In this document: piece after piece, positions 52,317 through 62,800 of the stretch
Position numbering within the stretch: position 1 is the first letter of the stretch
Layout: the number at the start of each line of letters is the position of its first letter
Assembly (NCBI GenBank): GCA_963662335.2
Contig: CAXXVD010000005.1
Coordinates: 288,001-352,000 of the forward strand
Length of the DNA: 64,000 bases
Source of the DNA: Chloroflexota bacterium
Lineage (GTDB): Bacteria > Chloroflexota > UBA11872 > VXOZ01
Reading direction: 5' to 3'
Made by a program: the position numbers and the translations under genes
The notes under the pieces: generated by a model
Databases searched by the model: none
What the model was told of the DNA's origin: nothing
Seen by the model: only the letters and a program-made list of their open reading frames with translations

Positions 52317-53078
52317 ATGCCGGATCTACTTGTCGGCAAGAGCGCCATCGTAACCGGCGCCGCCAGCGGCATCGGCCAAGCCATTGCCCTCGCCTTCCTG
52401 CGCGAAGGCGCCAACGTGCTTGGGGCCGACCTCAACGAGGAAGGACTGGAAGAAACCGCCGGCCGCGCCGGCGCACATAGCCCCACGTTTCTCACGCACC
52501 GCTGCGACGTTACCCAGCGCGCCGACGTGGAAGCCACCGTCGCCCGCGCCGTAGCGGACTTTGGCAAACTCGACGTCATGGCCGCTATCGCCGGTATCGC
52601 CTTGGAGCACGACTTCGTGGACATCGAGGATGAAGATTGGCATCGGGTCGCCGCCGTCAACATGCACGGCGTCTATCTCTGCGACCAAGCCGCGGCGCGC
52701 CAGATGGTCGCGCAGGGAAACGGCGGCCGCATCATCAACATGTCATCGGTGAACGGCCTCATGGGCGAAGAGGAATTGGCCGCCTACAACACGTCCAAAG
52801 GCGCCGTCACCCTGCTCACGAAGAGCGCGGCCATCGATCTGGCCAAGCACGAGATCACCGTAAACTGCCTGGCCCCCGGCTACATCCGCACGCCGCTCAC
52901 TGACGAAAGCATCGCCGACGAGGCGTGGATCAACGAGTACCTGAAGCGCGTCCCCTTCCGCCGCGTAGGCGAGCCGGAGGAGGTAGCCGACTGCGCAGTC
53001 TTCCTGGCCAGCGACCTCAGCCGCTACGTCACCGGCCACGCGCTGGTAGTGGACGGCGGGCAAATCGCCGTAATCTAG
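52317..53078 (+). CDS. Short-chain dehydrogenase/reductase
   Basis: TGAASGIG, NMSS, YNTSK, VDGG. Confidence 0.93.
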   Translation: MPDLLVGKSAIVTGAASGIGQAIALAFLREGANVLGADLNEEGLEETAGRAGAHSPTFLTHRCDVTQRADVEATVARAVADFGKLDVMAAIAGIALEHDFVDIEDEDWHRVAAVNMHGVYLCDQAAARQMVAQGNGGRIINMSSVNGLMGEEELAAYNTSKGAVTLLTKSAAIDLAKHEITVNCLAPGYIRTPLTDESIADEAWINEYLKRVPFRRVGEPEEVADCAVFLASDLSRYVTGHALVVDGGQIAVI

Positions 53079-53244
53079 GCCATAGGCTGCGCAAGACATA
53101 CGGCTTTCATCAAGACAGACCAACATCCATTGAGAATTAGCTAACGTCCATCGAGAGTAAGCAGAATTGCATCAAGATGGAGCCATCCTCCATCAAGTTG
53201 GCGCCAACTTACGTCAAGTAAATGCCAGGAGATTGGAACCAATT

Positions 53245-53335
53245 CCGTTCGCCCTGAGCCTGTCGAAGGGTGAACGGAATTACTACGCCAACGATTCGCC
53301 AGCCGTCCGTACTTCGACAGGCTCAGCACGAACGG
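53245..53335. repeat. Family E REP-like inverted doublet
   Basis: CCGTTCGCCCTGAGCCTGTCGAAGGGTGAACG ... CGTCCGTACTTCGACAGGCTCAGCACGAACGG. Confidence 0.85.
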
Positions 53336-53392
53336 CTGGCTTTCTCCAAAACCGGCAACCGAGCAGTGCAGTCCAGCAACCGAACGGTTCCC

Positions 53393-54202
53393 TCATTCCT
53401 GCGGCTTGGGATGAAAGTCCCGCTGCGGTCGGATTTCGCGGGCGCGAAACTCCTCCAGGAATTCAGCGGTGCGCTTCACGGCGGAATTGTAGAGTACCTC
53501 GCCCTTTGCGGCGCTGGCCCCGGTTGGGTCGCCTTGAATGCCGGTTGACGTATTGCGGCTGAAGAATTCCTGGTAGTGGATTCTGGTATTCGCCGGCCAC
53601 GCGCCCCAAATGTGCTCGCTCTGCTGCACTTCCTCCACCGTGCGCGCCGCCTTGCCCATGTCCACCAGATGGGGGTAGAGATAGAGCATGAGCGAAGTCT
53701 CATCCTCGTCGGCGTGGTGGCTCACACCGTGTGATTCGCGGTCCCAGGTCAGGTCCTCCGCCCGGATGAGCGCCCAGTAGTTGGCCAGCACGCTGATGGC
53801 CGCGCTCTCGTTGTTGATGCGGCGCATGGCCAGGTCCAGCACCGGCACGTTGCTGCCGTGGCCGTTGAGGAGCACGACGTGGCGGAAGCCGTGGTGGGCC
53901 AGGCTAAAGCCGATTTGCGCCACGTAGTCGATGATCGTGTACATGTTGATAGCAATCGTGCCGGGGAAGTCCATGTGGTGCTCGTTGAACGAGTAGACCA
54001 CCGGCGGCATCACGATCACGTTGGGCGTCAACATTTCGGCAACGTCGGCGGCGATGCGCTGCGGGATGATGTAGTCCACCATCAGCGGCATGTGCGGCCC
54101 GTGCTGCTCCATGGTGCCGACCGGCAAGACCACCACCGGATCCTGCAACGCAGCCTCTCCAACCTCGGGCCACTTGAGCTCTTCGTAGCGATAGTTCTGC
54201 AT
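53393..54202 (-). CDS. Creatininase-family amidohydrolase
   Basis: PVGTMEQHGPHMP..D, HMDFPGT, NGHGSN, HADEDETS, GDP. Confidence 0.9.
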   Translation of the reverse strand: MQNYRYEELKWPEVGEAALQDPVVVLPVGTMEQHGPHMPLMVDYIIPQRIAADVAEMLTPNVIVMPPVVYSFNEHHMDFPGTIAINMYTIIDYVAQIGFSLAHHGFRHVVLLNGHGSNVPVLDLAMRRINNESAAISVLANYWALIRAEDLTWDRESHGVSHHADEDETSLMLYLYPHLVDMGKAARTVEEVQQSEHIWGAWPANTRIHYQEFFSRNTSTGIQGDPTGASAAKGEVLYNSAVKRTAEFLEEFRAREIRPQRDFHPKPQE

Positions 54203-54291
54203 GGCGCGTGATTTCCCCTCTCGCTGTAAGCGACCGCTCACCAGTTTCGCTTTGCCGCTCCCGCAGCCGTCGCCGTGCCCGCGCCGCTACG

Positions 54292-55368
54292 CTAGCGGTG
54301 GTCTACCCGCTGCACCGTCACCCACGCGCCGCTCTCCGCGGACTCAACCACCGCGTGCAGCACCTCTTGGGTTTTCAGCCCCTCGGTGAAGGTGGGCGTA
54401 ATCTCGCGGTTTTCGCGGACGGATTGCACGAACGTCTCCATCTGCCGGGTCGCGCCGGCCAGCAGTTGCCCGCCGTGGCCTTTGTCCACGGTCGGCGGCT
54501 CGCCCGGCGTCGGCTCATTCGTACCATCGGGTTTGAAGAGCCGCCCCTGGCCGTTCTCGTAGAGAATGCCGCCCTTGCGGCCGTTGATCATGAAGTGGCG
54601 CCGGCCGACCGGATAGTCGGCGTGCACCGAGCCCAGCCGGCTCAAGCCCAGGGTGCCGTGCGCGCCGTTGGCCAGTTGCATGAGCACACTCGTATCGTCG
54701 TCCAGGTCGTGGGCGTGGGGCGTGCCGTCATCGCCAAAGACTTGCGGCGTAAAGGTCTTCATGCTGGCGCAGACCTCGGTGATGTCGGCCACGAGGAAGT
54801 GCGTCAGGTCGATGTGATGCGAGCCGAGGTCGCCCAAGATGCCGGTGCCGGTGCGCTTGGCGTCGGTGCGCCACGTGAAGCGCGGCTGAAGCGAGCGCAC
54901 CAGCGCCGGGTTCAGGCTCTGGCCGTGCACGTGCACAATTTCGCCGATCACGTCATCTTCGATGAGCTTGCGGATGTTGTTGGCCGCGACGTTCCAGCGA
55001 TTTGAGAATCCGACGACGGTGCGGAGGTCCGCCGCACGCGCCCCCTCGTACATCTCGCGCGCCTCTTCCACCGTCACCGCCAACGGCTTCTCGCAGAAGA
55101 TGTGCTTGCCGGCGCGAATCGAGCGCATGACCAAGTCGTGGTGAAAGGCGTCCGGCGCGTCCACCAGCACGCCGTCGATTTCGTCCAGGCCGAGCAACTG
55201 TTCCGGATCCGTAAAGGCATGAGCAAGGCCAAACTTGGCCGCAAAGTCTCGCGCGCCGGCCTCACGCGGGCCGCAGACCGCGACGAGTTCCACACCCTCG
55301 ATGTGCGCCAGTCCTTCCGCGTGCACGTCGGCAATCATGCCATAGCCAAATACGCCGAACTTGAGCAT
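54292..55368 (-). CDS. Gfo/Idh/MocA oxidoreductase
   Basis: GVFGYG, KHIFCEKP, GDLGSHHID. Confidence 0.9.
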   Translation of the reverse strand: MLKFGVFGYGMIADVHAEGLAHIEGVELVAVCGPREAGARDFAAKFGLAHAFTDPEQLLGLDEIDGVLVDAPDAFHHDLVMRSIRAGKHIFCEKPLAVTVEEAREMYEGARAADLRTVVGFSNRWNVAANNIRKLIEDDVIGEIVHVHGQSLNPALVRSLQPRFTWRTDAKRTGTGILGDLGSHHIDLTHFLVADITEVCASMKTFTPQVFGDDGTPHAHDLDDDTSVLMQLANGAHGTLGLSRLGSVHADYPVGRRHFMINGRKGGILYENGQGRLFKPDGTNEPTPGEPPTVDKGHGGQLLAGATRQMETFVQSVRENREITPTFTEGLKTQEVLHAVVESAESGAWVTVQRVDHR

Positions 55369-55527
55369 CTACCTGCGCCTTTCTGAAAGAGCGAACTTTG
55401 CTTTCATGCGTACACCGGTAGCGGCGCGCCCCGCATTGGAGGCGGCCTCCGCATTCCCGCCTTAGTGAAACAGACCGCGCGCATTCACGCAACCGTCAGG
55501 CAGCCGAGTCATCGCCTTCGCGGCGCG

Positions 55528-56253
55528 TCACTCAGCCGCCAGCGGCGCAAGGAGGATTCCCGCCTGGCTGAGGCTGTCCTCCATACGGGCTATTGATTCC
55601 GTCACCGTCCGGTCCGGCGCAAAGATGGAAGAACCGGCCACCAGCACGTCGGCCCCGGCTACGGCCGCGGCCACCGCCGTCTCGGCATTGATGCCGCCGT
55701 CCACTTGAAGCTGAACGCTCAACTTCCCCTCGTCTATCAGATGGCGAAGCGCGCGGACTTTCTCCAGCATTTCCGGCATGAACGACTGGCCGCCCCACCC
55801 GGGCTCCACCGTCATCACCAGCGCCAGATCAAGGTCAGGCAGATAGGGGATGAGCGCGTCCACCGGCGTGCCGGGCTTGATTGCCAACCCGACACGCTTC
55901 CCAGCGCCGTGGAACGCGCGCAGAGTCCGCCGCACGTCCGCGCAGGCCTCCACGTGCACCGTAAACAGGTCGCCCGCGCTGCCGAGGAACAGTTCCAAGT
56001 GGCGCAACGGCTCCGCCACCATGAGGTGGACGTCGAATGGCCGGGAAGAAGCGTGCCGCACGCTCCGGATGACGGCCGGTCCAAAGCTGAGATTTGGCAC
56101 GAAATGCGCGTCCATGACGTCGAAGTGGAGGGAGTGCGCGCCGGCGGCATGGGCCGCGGCCACGTCCTGCGCCAAGCGGCCAAAATCGGCGGCCAGCACG
56201 GACGGCGCGATGTGCGCACGGCGCGGACGGATTGGGGAAAGCGGTCTCGTCAT
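55528..56253 (-). CDS. rpe: Ribulose-phosphate 3-epimerase
   Basis: APSVLAAD, HFDVMDAHFVPNLSFG, DVHLMV, MTVEPG, QVDGGI. Confidence 0.96.
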   Translation of the reverse strand: MTRPLSPIRPRRAHIAPSVLAADFGRLAQDVAAAHAAGAHSLHFDVMDAHFVPNLSFGPAVIRSVRHASSRPFDVHLMVAEPLRHLELFLGSAGDLFTVHVEACADVRRTLRAFHGAGKRVGLAIKPGTPVDALIPYLPDLDLALVMTVEPGWGGQSFMPEMLEKVRALRHLIDEGKLSVQLQVDGGINAETAVAAAVAGADVLVAGSSIFAPDRTVTESIARMEDSLSQAGILLAPLAAE

Positions 56254-56345
56254 AGCCCGTACGAGAGGAATCTGCTGCGGCGCTCAAGCACGCGCGCGGA
56301 GACGTCACGCGGCGTTTGCTGAGGCAGACCGCTCACCGCTGCCGC

Positions 56346-57524
56346 TCAATCGAGCACCGTCAACGGGTTTCTGAACCGGTTATTGTAGAGCACCTCGAAG
56401 TGCAGGTGGGGCCCGGTAGAATACCCGGTGTTGCCCATGGTCGCAATCGTCTCACCGGACTTTACGTAGTCGCCCACGGCGACGTAGATGTCGTGCAGAT
56501 GGTTGTAGGTGGTTACCCAACCGTTGCCGTGGTTGATGACGACGCGATAGCCGTAGCCGAGCGCGTCCCAACCGGAGCCTATCACCTGACCCGCGTCAGC
56601 GGCCACAATCGCGGTGCCGACACGATTGCCAATGTCCAGGCCGGGATGGTGGCCGTGATAGTACTGGGTGATCGCCCCGTCCGCAGGCCAAATAAACTCC
56701 CCAAACGCCGCCACCGGCTGCTCGCGTTCGCTTAATTCGCCTTGCGCGCTGGGCGTCTTGCGCAGCGCTTCCGGCAGCACGCCGTACGGGATGATCAACT
56801 CCATGCCCGGCACGAGCGTGGTGGAGAGGCCGATGCGGTTATACTCCGCAATGTCGACGGGATTGCTGCGGTACGCCTCCGCTATCTCATGCAGCACGTC
56901 GCCGTCGGCTACGGTGTAGATAACGCCGTCTATGGGCGGCACCCGCAGCGTATCGCCAAGAAGGAGCAAGTAATCCGCCGCAATGTCGTTGGCCCAGAGC
57001 AGCGTATCAAGGGTAATGCCGTTCCGTTCGGCAATGTCAACCAGCGTGTCGTTGCCGCGCACCTGATACGCGAGAATCTCATCCCGCGGCCGCAGCACAA
57101 CCGTCGTCTCCAGCAAGGGCGGCCGCACCATCACGTCCGGAAAGATCGTCTCCGCGGCACGCGCGTATACAGTCGCGGACGTATAGTATCCCGGCACGTC
57201 GGAGAAGACGCGCCCCGCTGCCTCGCCGGCGGCAAGGGGAGCGGCCCAGAGCGCGGCCGCGCCCAGCGTCAGCACAATCACGTGCCCGGCGGCGCGGTGA
57301 GCGACCCGCTGCGCCAACAGGGTGAAAACCTCGCTGCGCCACGCCCGCGCGGCAATGAACGGGAACCGCACGATGTACGCGCCGCAGAAGAAGATCAAGC
57401 CCAGGAGTTGCAACGCCCAAGAACCGGGCGCCGCTTTCTCCGCGGCCAACGGCTGCGCCGCGGCAGCGGACGCCGCTTCTAAGCGAACTGCGGCTGTCTC
57501 GTCGCGCAGTACGTCAACTGCCAT
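56346..57524 (-). CDS. LysM-LysM-M23 peptidase
   Basis: Two LysM repeats (YQVRGNDTL, YTVADGDVL); HPGLD, YNHL, STGPHLHFE. Confidence 0.92.
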   Translation of the reverse strand: MAVDVLRDETAAVRLEAASAAAAQPLAAEKAAPGSWALQLLGLIFFCGAYIVRFPFIAARAWRSEVFTLLAQRVAHRAAGHVIVLTLGAAALWAAPLAAGEAAGRVFSDVPGYYTSATVYARAAETIFPDVMVRPPLLETTVVLRPRDEILAYQVRGNDTLVDIAERNGITLDTLLWANDIAADYLLLLGDTLRVPPIDGVIYTVADGDVLHEIAEAYRSNPVDIAEYNRIGLSTTLVPGMELIIPYGVLPEALRKTPSAQGELSEREQPVAAFGEFIWPADGAITQYYHGHHPGLDIGNRVGTAIVAADAGQVIGSGWDALGYGYRVVINHGNGWVTTYNHLHDIYVAVGDYVKSGETIATMGNTGYSTGPHLHFEVLYNNRFRNPLTVLD

Positions 57525-57790
57525 CCACGCATTCCCCCCCTGCCCTCGTCTCTACCGCGGCGGCGGCCCCGACCGAGCGACGGTCCCGGTAACTCCGTGA
57601 GCGTTCCTGCCCCTGCGCCCCAGCCCGCGTAACCGGAGGTGTATGGCTACGCGCCTGGAGTCAATCGCTGAAGTCTTGTCAATCTGTGCTCGTTGCCCGC
57701 CAACTGACCGTAACGCGGGGACTTGCCGCCCGCTTCTTGGCGCACACTTCCGGCGCCTCTTTGGCGAGGCGCTGCGCACACTGTGCCTGC

Positions 57791-57819
57791 ACAGTAGCAG
57801 GTGATTTCTCGCCTGTCAA
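57791..57819 (-). promoter_or_regulatory. Candidate sigma70 promoter for the LysM/M23 gene
   Basis: Minus strand TTGACA-17 nt-TACTGT with TG extension. Confidence 0.5.
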
Positions 57820-58001
57820 ACAGAAGGGTAGAGTCCACGCCGCGCCAAGTAGGGTGTGAAACCGGTTCCGCGGCGTTCTTCCACTTCAGGCCTGCGAATG
57901 CCGCGACGCGCGCTCATTGAGGGCGCGGCGCCATTGGTGCATAATGACGGGTGCGGGACGCGCTCCCGTAAATCCAGGTACACCATCACCTAGGGAGAGC
58001 A

Positions 58002-58301
58002 ATGAGCATGGTCGAGCACCTTGTGCTTTTCAAAGTCAAGCCCGGAACCAGCGCGGAAGCGATACACGCCATGCAAGATGCCCTGCGCGGGCTGCGGGAG
58101 GCCATTCCCGGCATTCTGGAGATTACGGTAGGCGCCAACTTCAGCGAGCGCAGCCAGGGCTTTACCCACGGTCTGCTGGTGCGCTTCCAAGACCGGGCCG
58201 CGCTGGACACCTACATTCCCCATCCCGCGCACGAGGAAACGCGCAACACGTACATCCTGCCGATCGTCGATGACGTGCTGGTGGTTGACTACGAGCGGTA
58301 G
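58002..58301 (+). CDS. Dabb (stress-responsive A/B barrel) protein
   Basis: HLVLFK, IPGI, GFTHGL..F, Y..HPAH, VDY. Confidence 0.9.
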   Translation: MSMVEHLVLFKVKPGTSAEAIHAMQDALRGLREAIPGILEITVGANFSERSQGFTHGLLVRFQDRAALDTYIPHPAHEETRNTYILPIVDDVLVVDYER

Positions 58302-58405
58302 AAGCAGCCCCACGAGCGCCCAGACGCCCGGCCGCGCCCCCGGCGGAGCGCCGGGCCGGGCGTGCGCCGCGCGCCGGACCTCCAGGCCAATGGTGTCGCA
58401 TTCAA

Positions 58406-58429
58406 GTAGCGCGGGGGCTTGTCCCCCGC
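58406..58429. repeat. Family C GTAG-type REP
   Basis: GTAGCGCGGGGGCTTGTCCCCCGC. Confidence 0.88.
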
Positions 58430-58603
58430 CGGAGCCATTGAAACTGACACGAAGAGGATTGACCTAGCAACTTTGCAGTGCCTGCCCCGTGCGTGATACC
58501 TGGTTGTACAACCTGCGCTACCGGGGATTTTGGACGCGAGTCTTGCCGTCGTTCTGCTTAATGCGACAGCAGTAGACCTCTACCCAACCCGCGCCCAGGC
58601 TAC

Positions 58604-59701
58604 TCAGCCTGCGGCAGAATCGAGCACGGGCCACGCGCCCAGCACACGCACCAGCACGCACTCCTTGGCAAGCTCTTCCAGCGCCCCGCGCACCGGCTCC
58701 CGGGCGGGATGGCCGATGAGGATCGCGAAGAAGTAGTAGTCCCACGTGCGCCGCCGTGAGGGCCGCGAGAGAATGAACGTCAGATTGACGTCGTGCCTGG
58801 CGAAGATGCCCAGAGCGTTGTAGAGGGAGCCGGGCCGATCGATGAGGCTGAAGAGCAGCGCGGTGCGGTCATTCGCCGTCGCCGCCGGCAACTGCTTGCC
58901 GAGGATGGCAAAGCGCGTCACGTTGTCAACGCGGTCCTGAATGCTGCGCGCGACGATTGGCACGTCCTCAGCCTGCGCCGCGAGTTCGCTGGCAATCGCC
59001 GCGGCTTCCGTCTCGTGCTTGATCTTCGCCACCGCCGCCGCCGTGCTGACGACTTCCACCGTCTCGGCGTGGGGCAACTCTTCCGCCAGCCAGCCGCGGC
59101 ACTGGGCCAGCGCCTGCGGATGGGAGTACACGACGCGCACCGCGTCCCGGGGAGAATTGGAAATGAGATGGTGCGCAATCGGCAGCACGCTCTCACCGCA
59201 AATCTGGAGCGGTGAGTCCAGGTACTGCACGAAAGAGTCGAGGGTAGGGGTCACGCCCCCTTCGGTGGAGTTTTCCAGCGGCACCACGCCGTAGTCCGCC
59301 ACGTCCCGTTCCACAAGCTGGAAGACGTGGTCCACGGACGCCGCCGCTTGCAGATTCACGGCGCCGCCAAACGCTTGCAGCCCCGCTTGGTGCGTAAAGG
59401 TGTTCGCCGGCCCCAGATACGCCACGGTGAGCGGCTTCTCCAACGCGCGGCAGGCGGAGATCACCTCGCGGTAGATGCGCGCGACCGCCGCGGCCTCCAG
59501 TGGGCCGTCCTTGGCCGCCGCCCCGACCTGCTCCAGCACCTGGCGCTCGCGCTCCGGCACGTAGATGGGGGCGCTCCCGCCCTTCTCTTCGCCTATGCGC
59601 ATCGCAAGCGCGGCGCGGCGTTGCAGGCGCGCCACGATCTCGCGGTCCAGGGCATCGATCTCTTGGCGCAGGTCTGCCAGTTTCCTTTGCTGCTCGCGCA
59701 T
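58604..59701 (-). CDS. pheA: Chorismate mutase / prephenate dehydratase (P-protein)
   Basis: LRQEIDALD...IYVPERE; AYLGP, PLENSTEG, SHPQALAQC, NVTRF, ACT domain. Confidence 0.95.
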   Translation of the reverse strand: MREQQRKLADLRQEIDALDREIVARLQRRAALAMRIGEEKGGSAPIYVPERERQVLEQVGAAAKDGPLEAAAVARIYREVISACRALEKPLTVAYLGPANTFTHQAGLQAFGGAVNLQAAASVDHVFQLVERDVADYGVVPLENSTEGGVTPTLDSFVQYLDSPLQICGESVLPIAHHLISNSPRDAVRVVYSHPQALAQCRGWLAEELPHAETVEVVSTAAAVAKIKHETEAAAIASELAAQAEDVPIVARSIQDRVDNVTRFAILGKQLPAATANDRTALLFSLIDRPGSLYNALGIFARHDVNLTFILSRPSRRRTWDYYFFAILIGHPAREPVRGALEELAKECVLVRVLGAWPVLDSAAG

Positions 59702-59894
59702 GCGCGCCGCTCGCTGAGACGTTACCACCCAACGCGCCGTTGCACGCCGCACGTACACGAGTGGGGGGAGTATTGGCCGTGTATCCGGAAGAGTCGGCCA
59801 GTATTGTAGCAGATTCACGGGCGCAGCGCCACGCGGGGGGCGCTGGAACGGTGGGAGCGCGCGCGCATCTCCCGGCGGCAGGCGTCGCGGCCGG

Positions 59895-62800
59895 CTACCG
59901 CAGCGGGTCACCGGCGCGCAGCAGCGCCCGCGTCAACTCCCCGCTCTCTTCCGTCCTGCCCGCCGCCGCGTTCCACTCCAGGCGCGCCTTCTCGAAGTAC
60001 TGCACCGTCCGCCCCACGTGCACGTCATGCACCTCTTCCGTCAGCGGGTAGCCAAAGCGCTCCACCCCGCCGTTGGCGTCGAAGTACTTCAGGAAGCCCC
60101 ACGCGACCCAGTGCCCGGTCTCGGCGTAGTAGCGCGGGCTGGGCGGATCCGGCCCAACCGGCGGCGCGGCTCGCGTCAGTTCCGCCCCCAGCAGCGCCAG
60201 GTACTCCGCGCCGATGTCGCCAAGCCGCACTTCACCTTCACCTGGCGTCCCTGCCGGCGGCGGATGGTACTCCAACCGCGCCCGCTCGAAGTACTGCACC
60301 GTCACCCCGCCTCGCTCATATTCATCCGTCAACGGATAGCCAAAGCGCGCCAAGCCGCCATTGGCGTCGAAGTACTTCAGGAACCCCAGAACTACCGTCT
60401 TCCCGGTGGCATAGAAGTACCGCGCGCCCGCGCCGACGTCCCGGCTGTGCGCCGGCACGTCGGCGATCACGGCATAGCGCCCCGGCCGGTCGGTATACCC
60501 CACTCTGTGCTCTTCTTCTTCCCGCGTCTCCACCGGCTGCCAGCGCTGTCCCCGCTCATCCCACCGCGCCCACGTGGCCTCGGTCCACGCAACGCCCCGC
60601 GGCATGGGCGTCGCGATCAGCCGCGCCCGCAGCGCCATGGATTCATCCGTCCGCGCTACTGCCGCGCCTTCCTGCTCTAACCGCACGACTGTGACCGTGC
60701 TCCCCAGCACCAGCCGCACGCCTCCTTCATGCACGTCCCGCAGCTTCACGTTCACGCCCGCCACCCGCGCCTGCGGCTCGAGCTCCGTTTCCACGTCTCC
60801 CTCCCCGGTTTTGGGTACCGCCACCACCAAGCAGACCGTCATCGTTCCCACAGACCCGTCCGCAACCGCGCCGGGCCCTTCTACTTGCGTCGTGAGAAAA
60901 CCCGGCTCGTACAGCAGCCACGCCGTCGTGCGGTAGAGTTCTCGCCACTTGTCGAACCAATCGTTGAAGACGAAGGCAAAGAATCGCTCACCCGTCACGC
61001 GCTGTGCCTTCTTCACGACCACCGGCCACACGCGCACCGCCCGCCCGTCGCTATCCGTCTCATCCGGGGGCGGCAGCGCGAGCGGCGGCGCCAACGCGGC
61101 CACGTGCCGCGCCAGGACCGGCCCCGTCTGGTTGCTGCCCACCACGATGTTGAACGGCAGGACGTCCGGCCAGGGCACGTTTTCCGCCTCTATCCAGACC
61201 TGTTTCCCGTCCGCCGTGGTGCGGTAGCGGTAGCGCGCCGTGGTAAAGCGCCCCTCGAACGGGCCGTGGCGCAGCGACAGGTATACCGACTCCCCGGCCG
61301 CCAATTCGCCGGCGCCCAGTTTTCGCCAGCCCACGCCCAGCGAATCCGACTGCCACATGACCCCGGTCAACGTCTTGGCGCCCGCGTTCGTGACGCGCAC
61401 CGTGTACGCTAGTTCGTGCCCGGTGCCGCTTGGCGTGGCTTGTCCCGCCATCGCCACGCGCAGGTCGGTCATCTTCCCCGGCGCCGTGCCGGCGATGGTC
61501 TTGGTCTTCTCCACTGTGGGGTACGGATAGGCGCGGCACTCGTCCGCCCCTTCGGGCCCGTAGACGCCCGGCGCGGCTGCGGAAACGTGGGCAATGCCCA
61601 CCGCGCCCGTCTCCAGGCTGGCGCCCGAAACCGCGAACGCCCACGGCAGCAGCGCCGGCAGCGGCAATTGCAAATCATCGCCGGCCGCTACCGCCGTCAG
61701 CCCGCCGGCGGGCGTGCGCCCCTTGGCGAACTCGATGAGCACGTCAATGAACACGGATTCCCCAATCTCCAGAATGCCGTCGCCCGCGCCTTGCACGCCT
61801 TCACCCAGGGTCGCGGACCACCAGACCACGTGCGTGAGACGCACCGGTCCCGTGTTCCGCAGTTCGATCGTGTAGAGAACCACCACGCCCTCGCGCACCG
61901 GCACGTCCGGCCCGGTCACCAAGACCGTCAGTTGCGGCGCCAGCGCCCCAGGCGGCCAGCGCGCGCCGCCCGGCGCAGGCGCGCCACCCGGCACTGTCCC
62001 GCCACCCGGCGTAGTCCCGCCGTCGCTGCCATTGTCTCCCAACCTCCCCTCCGCCACAGTGAGCGTGGGAGTGGGCTGGAGTGGATCCCCAGGCGAGTAT
62101 TGGGGAGTGGGCGTTGGGATAGGCTTCGGCGTTGGTGTGGCAGTGGGCTTGGGAGGATCTTGGATTGGCGCTTGGACAGGCAGGCTGCGGGGCGGCGGCG
62201 TTACGTTCGTGCACGTGCCTTCTTCCACTGCCACGCCTTTCAACGATTTGGGAACGTCATCCGCCGTAAACGCGTTGCCGTAGACCGTCATCTTCGTGAG
62301 CGAACTAATGCTGGCGAACCCGGCGGGAATTGCGCCACCCAGCTTATTGCAGCATAATTCCAGGATCTGCAATTGGGATAGACTGGCCAATGCCGCCGGC
62401 ACCGAACCGGTCAACGCGTTTGTGTCCACGTACAGGCGCACCAGCTTGCTGGCGCTGCCCAACTCGCTGGGAATGCCGCCGCTTAGTTGATTGTCATTGA
62501 GCAATAGGTACTTTAGTTTCGAGAGGTTGCCCAGTTGGGTCGGAATACTGCCGGTCAATTGGTTGTCGTACAGCACGAGGTACACGAGTTTCGAGAGGCT
62601 CCCCAACTGGGTCGGGATGCTGCCGCTCAGTTGATTCTGCTGCAGTTGCAGCCGCGACAAATTGCTAAGGCTGCCCAACTCCACCGGAATGCTGCCGCTC
62701 AGCTTGTTGTCGCTCAGGTTCAGATTCCAAAGATTCGCAAGGCTGCCCAACTCCTTGGGAATGCTGCCGGTCAGCTTGTTGTTGCGGAGATCCAATTGCT

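Noticed and set aside
53393-54202. Creatininase-family gene as mycofactocin MftE / RiPP locus
   Set aside because: No precursor peptide, radical SAM or RRE gene nearby.
57735-57780. Minus-strand hairpin followed by CGGAAGT, reminiscent of the glnA (glutamine) riboswitch
   Set aside because: Lacks the CGUU/AACG P1 and the P3/E-loop elements, and the downstream gene is unrelated to nitrogen metabolism.
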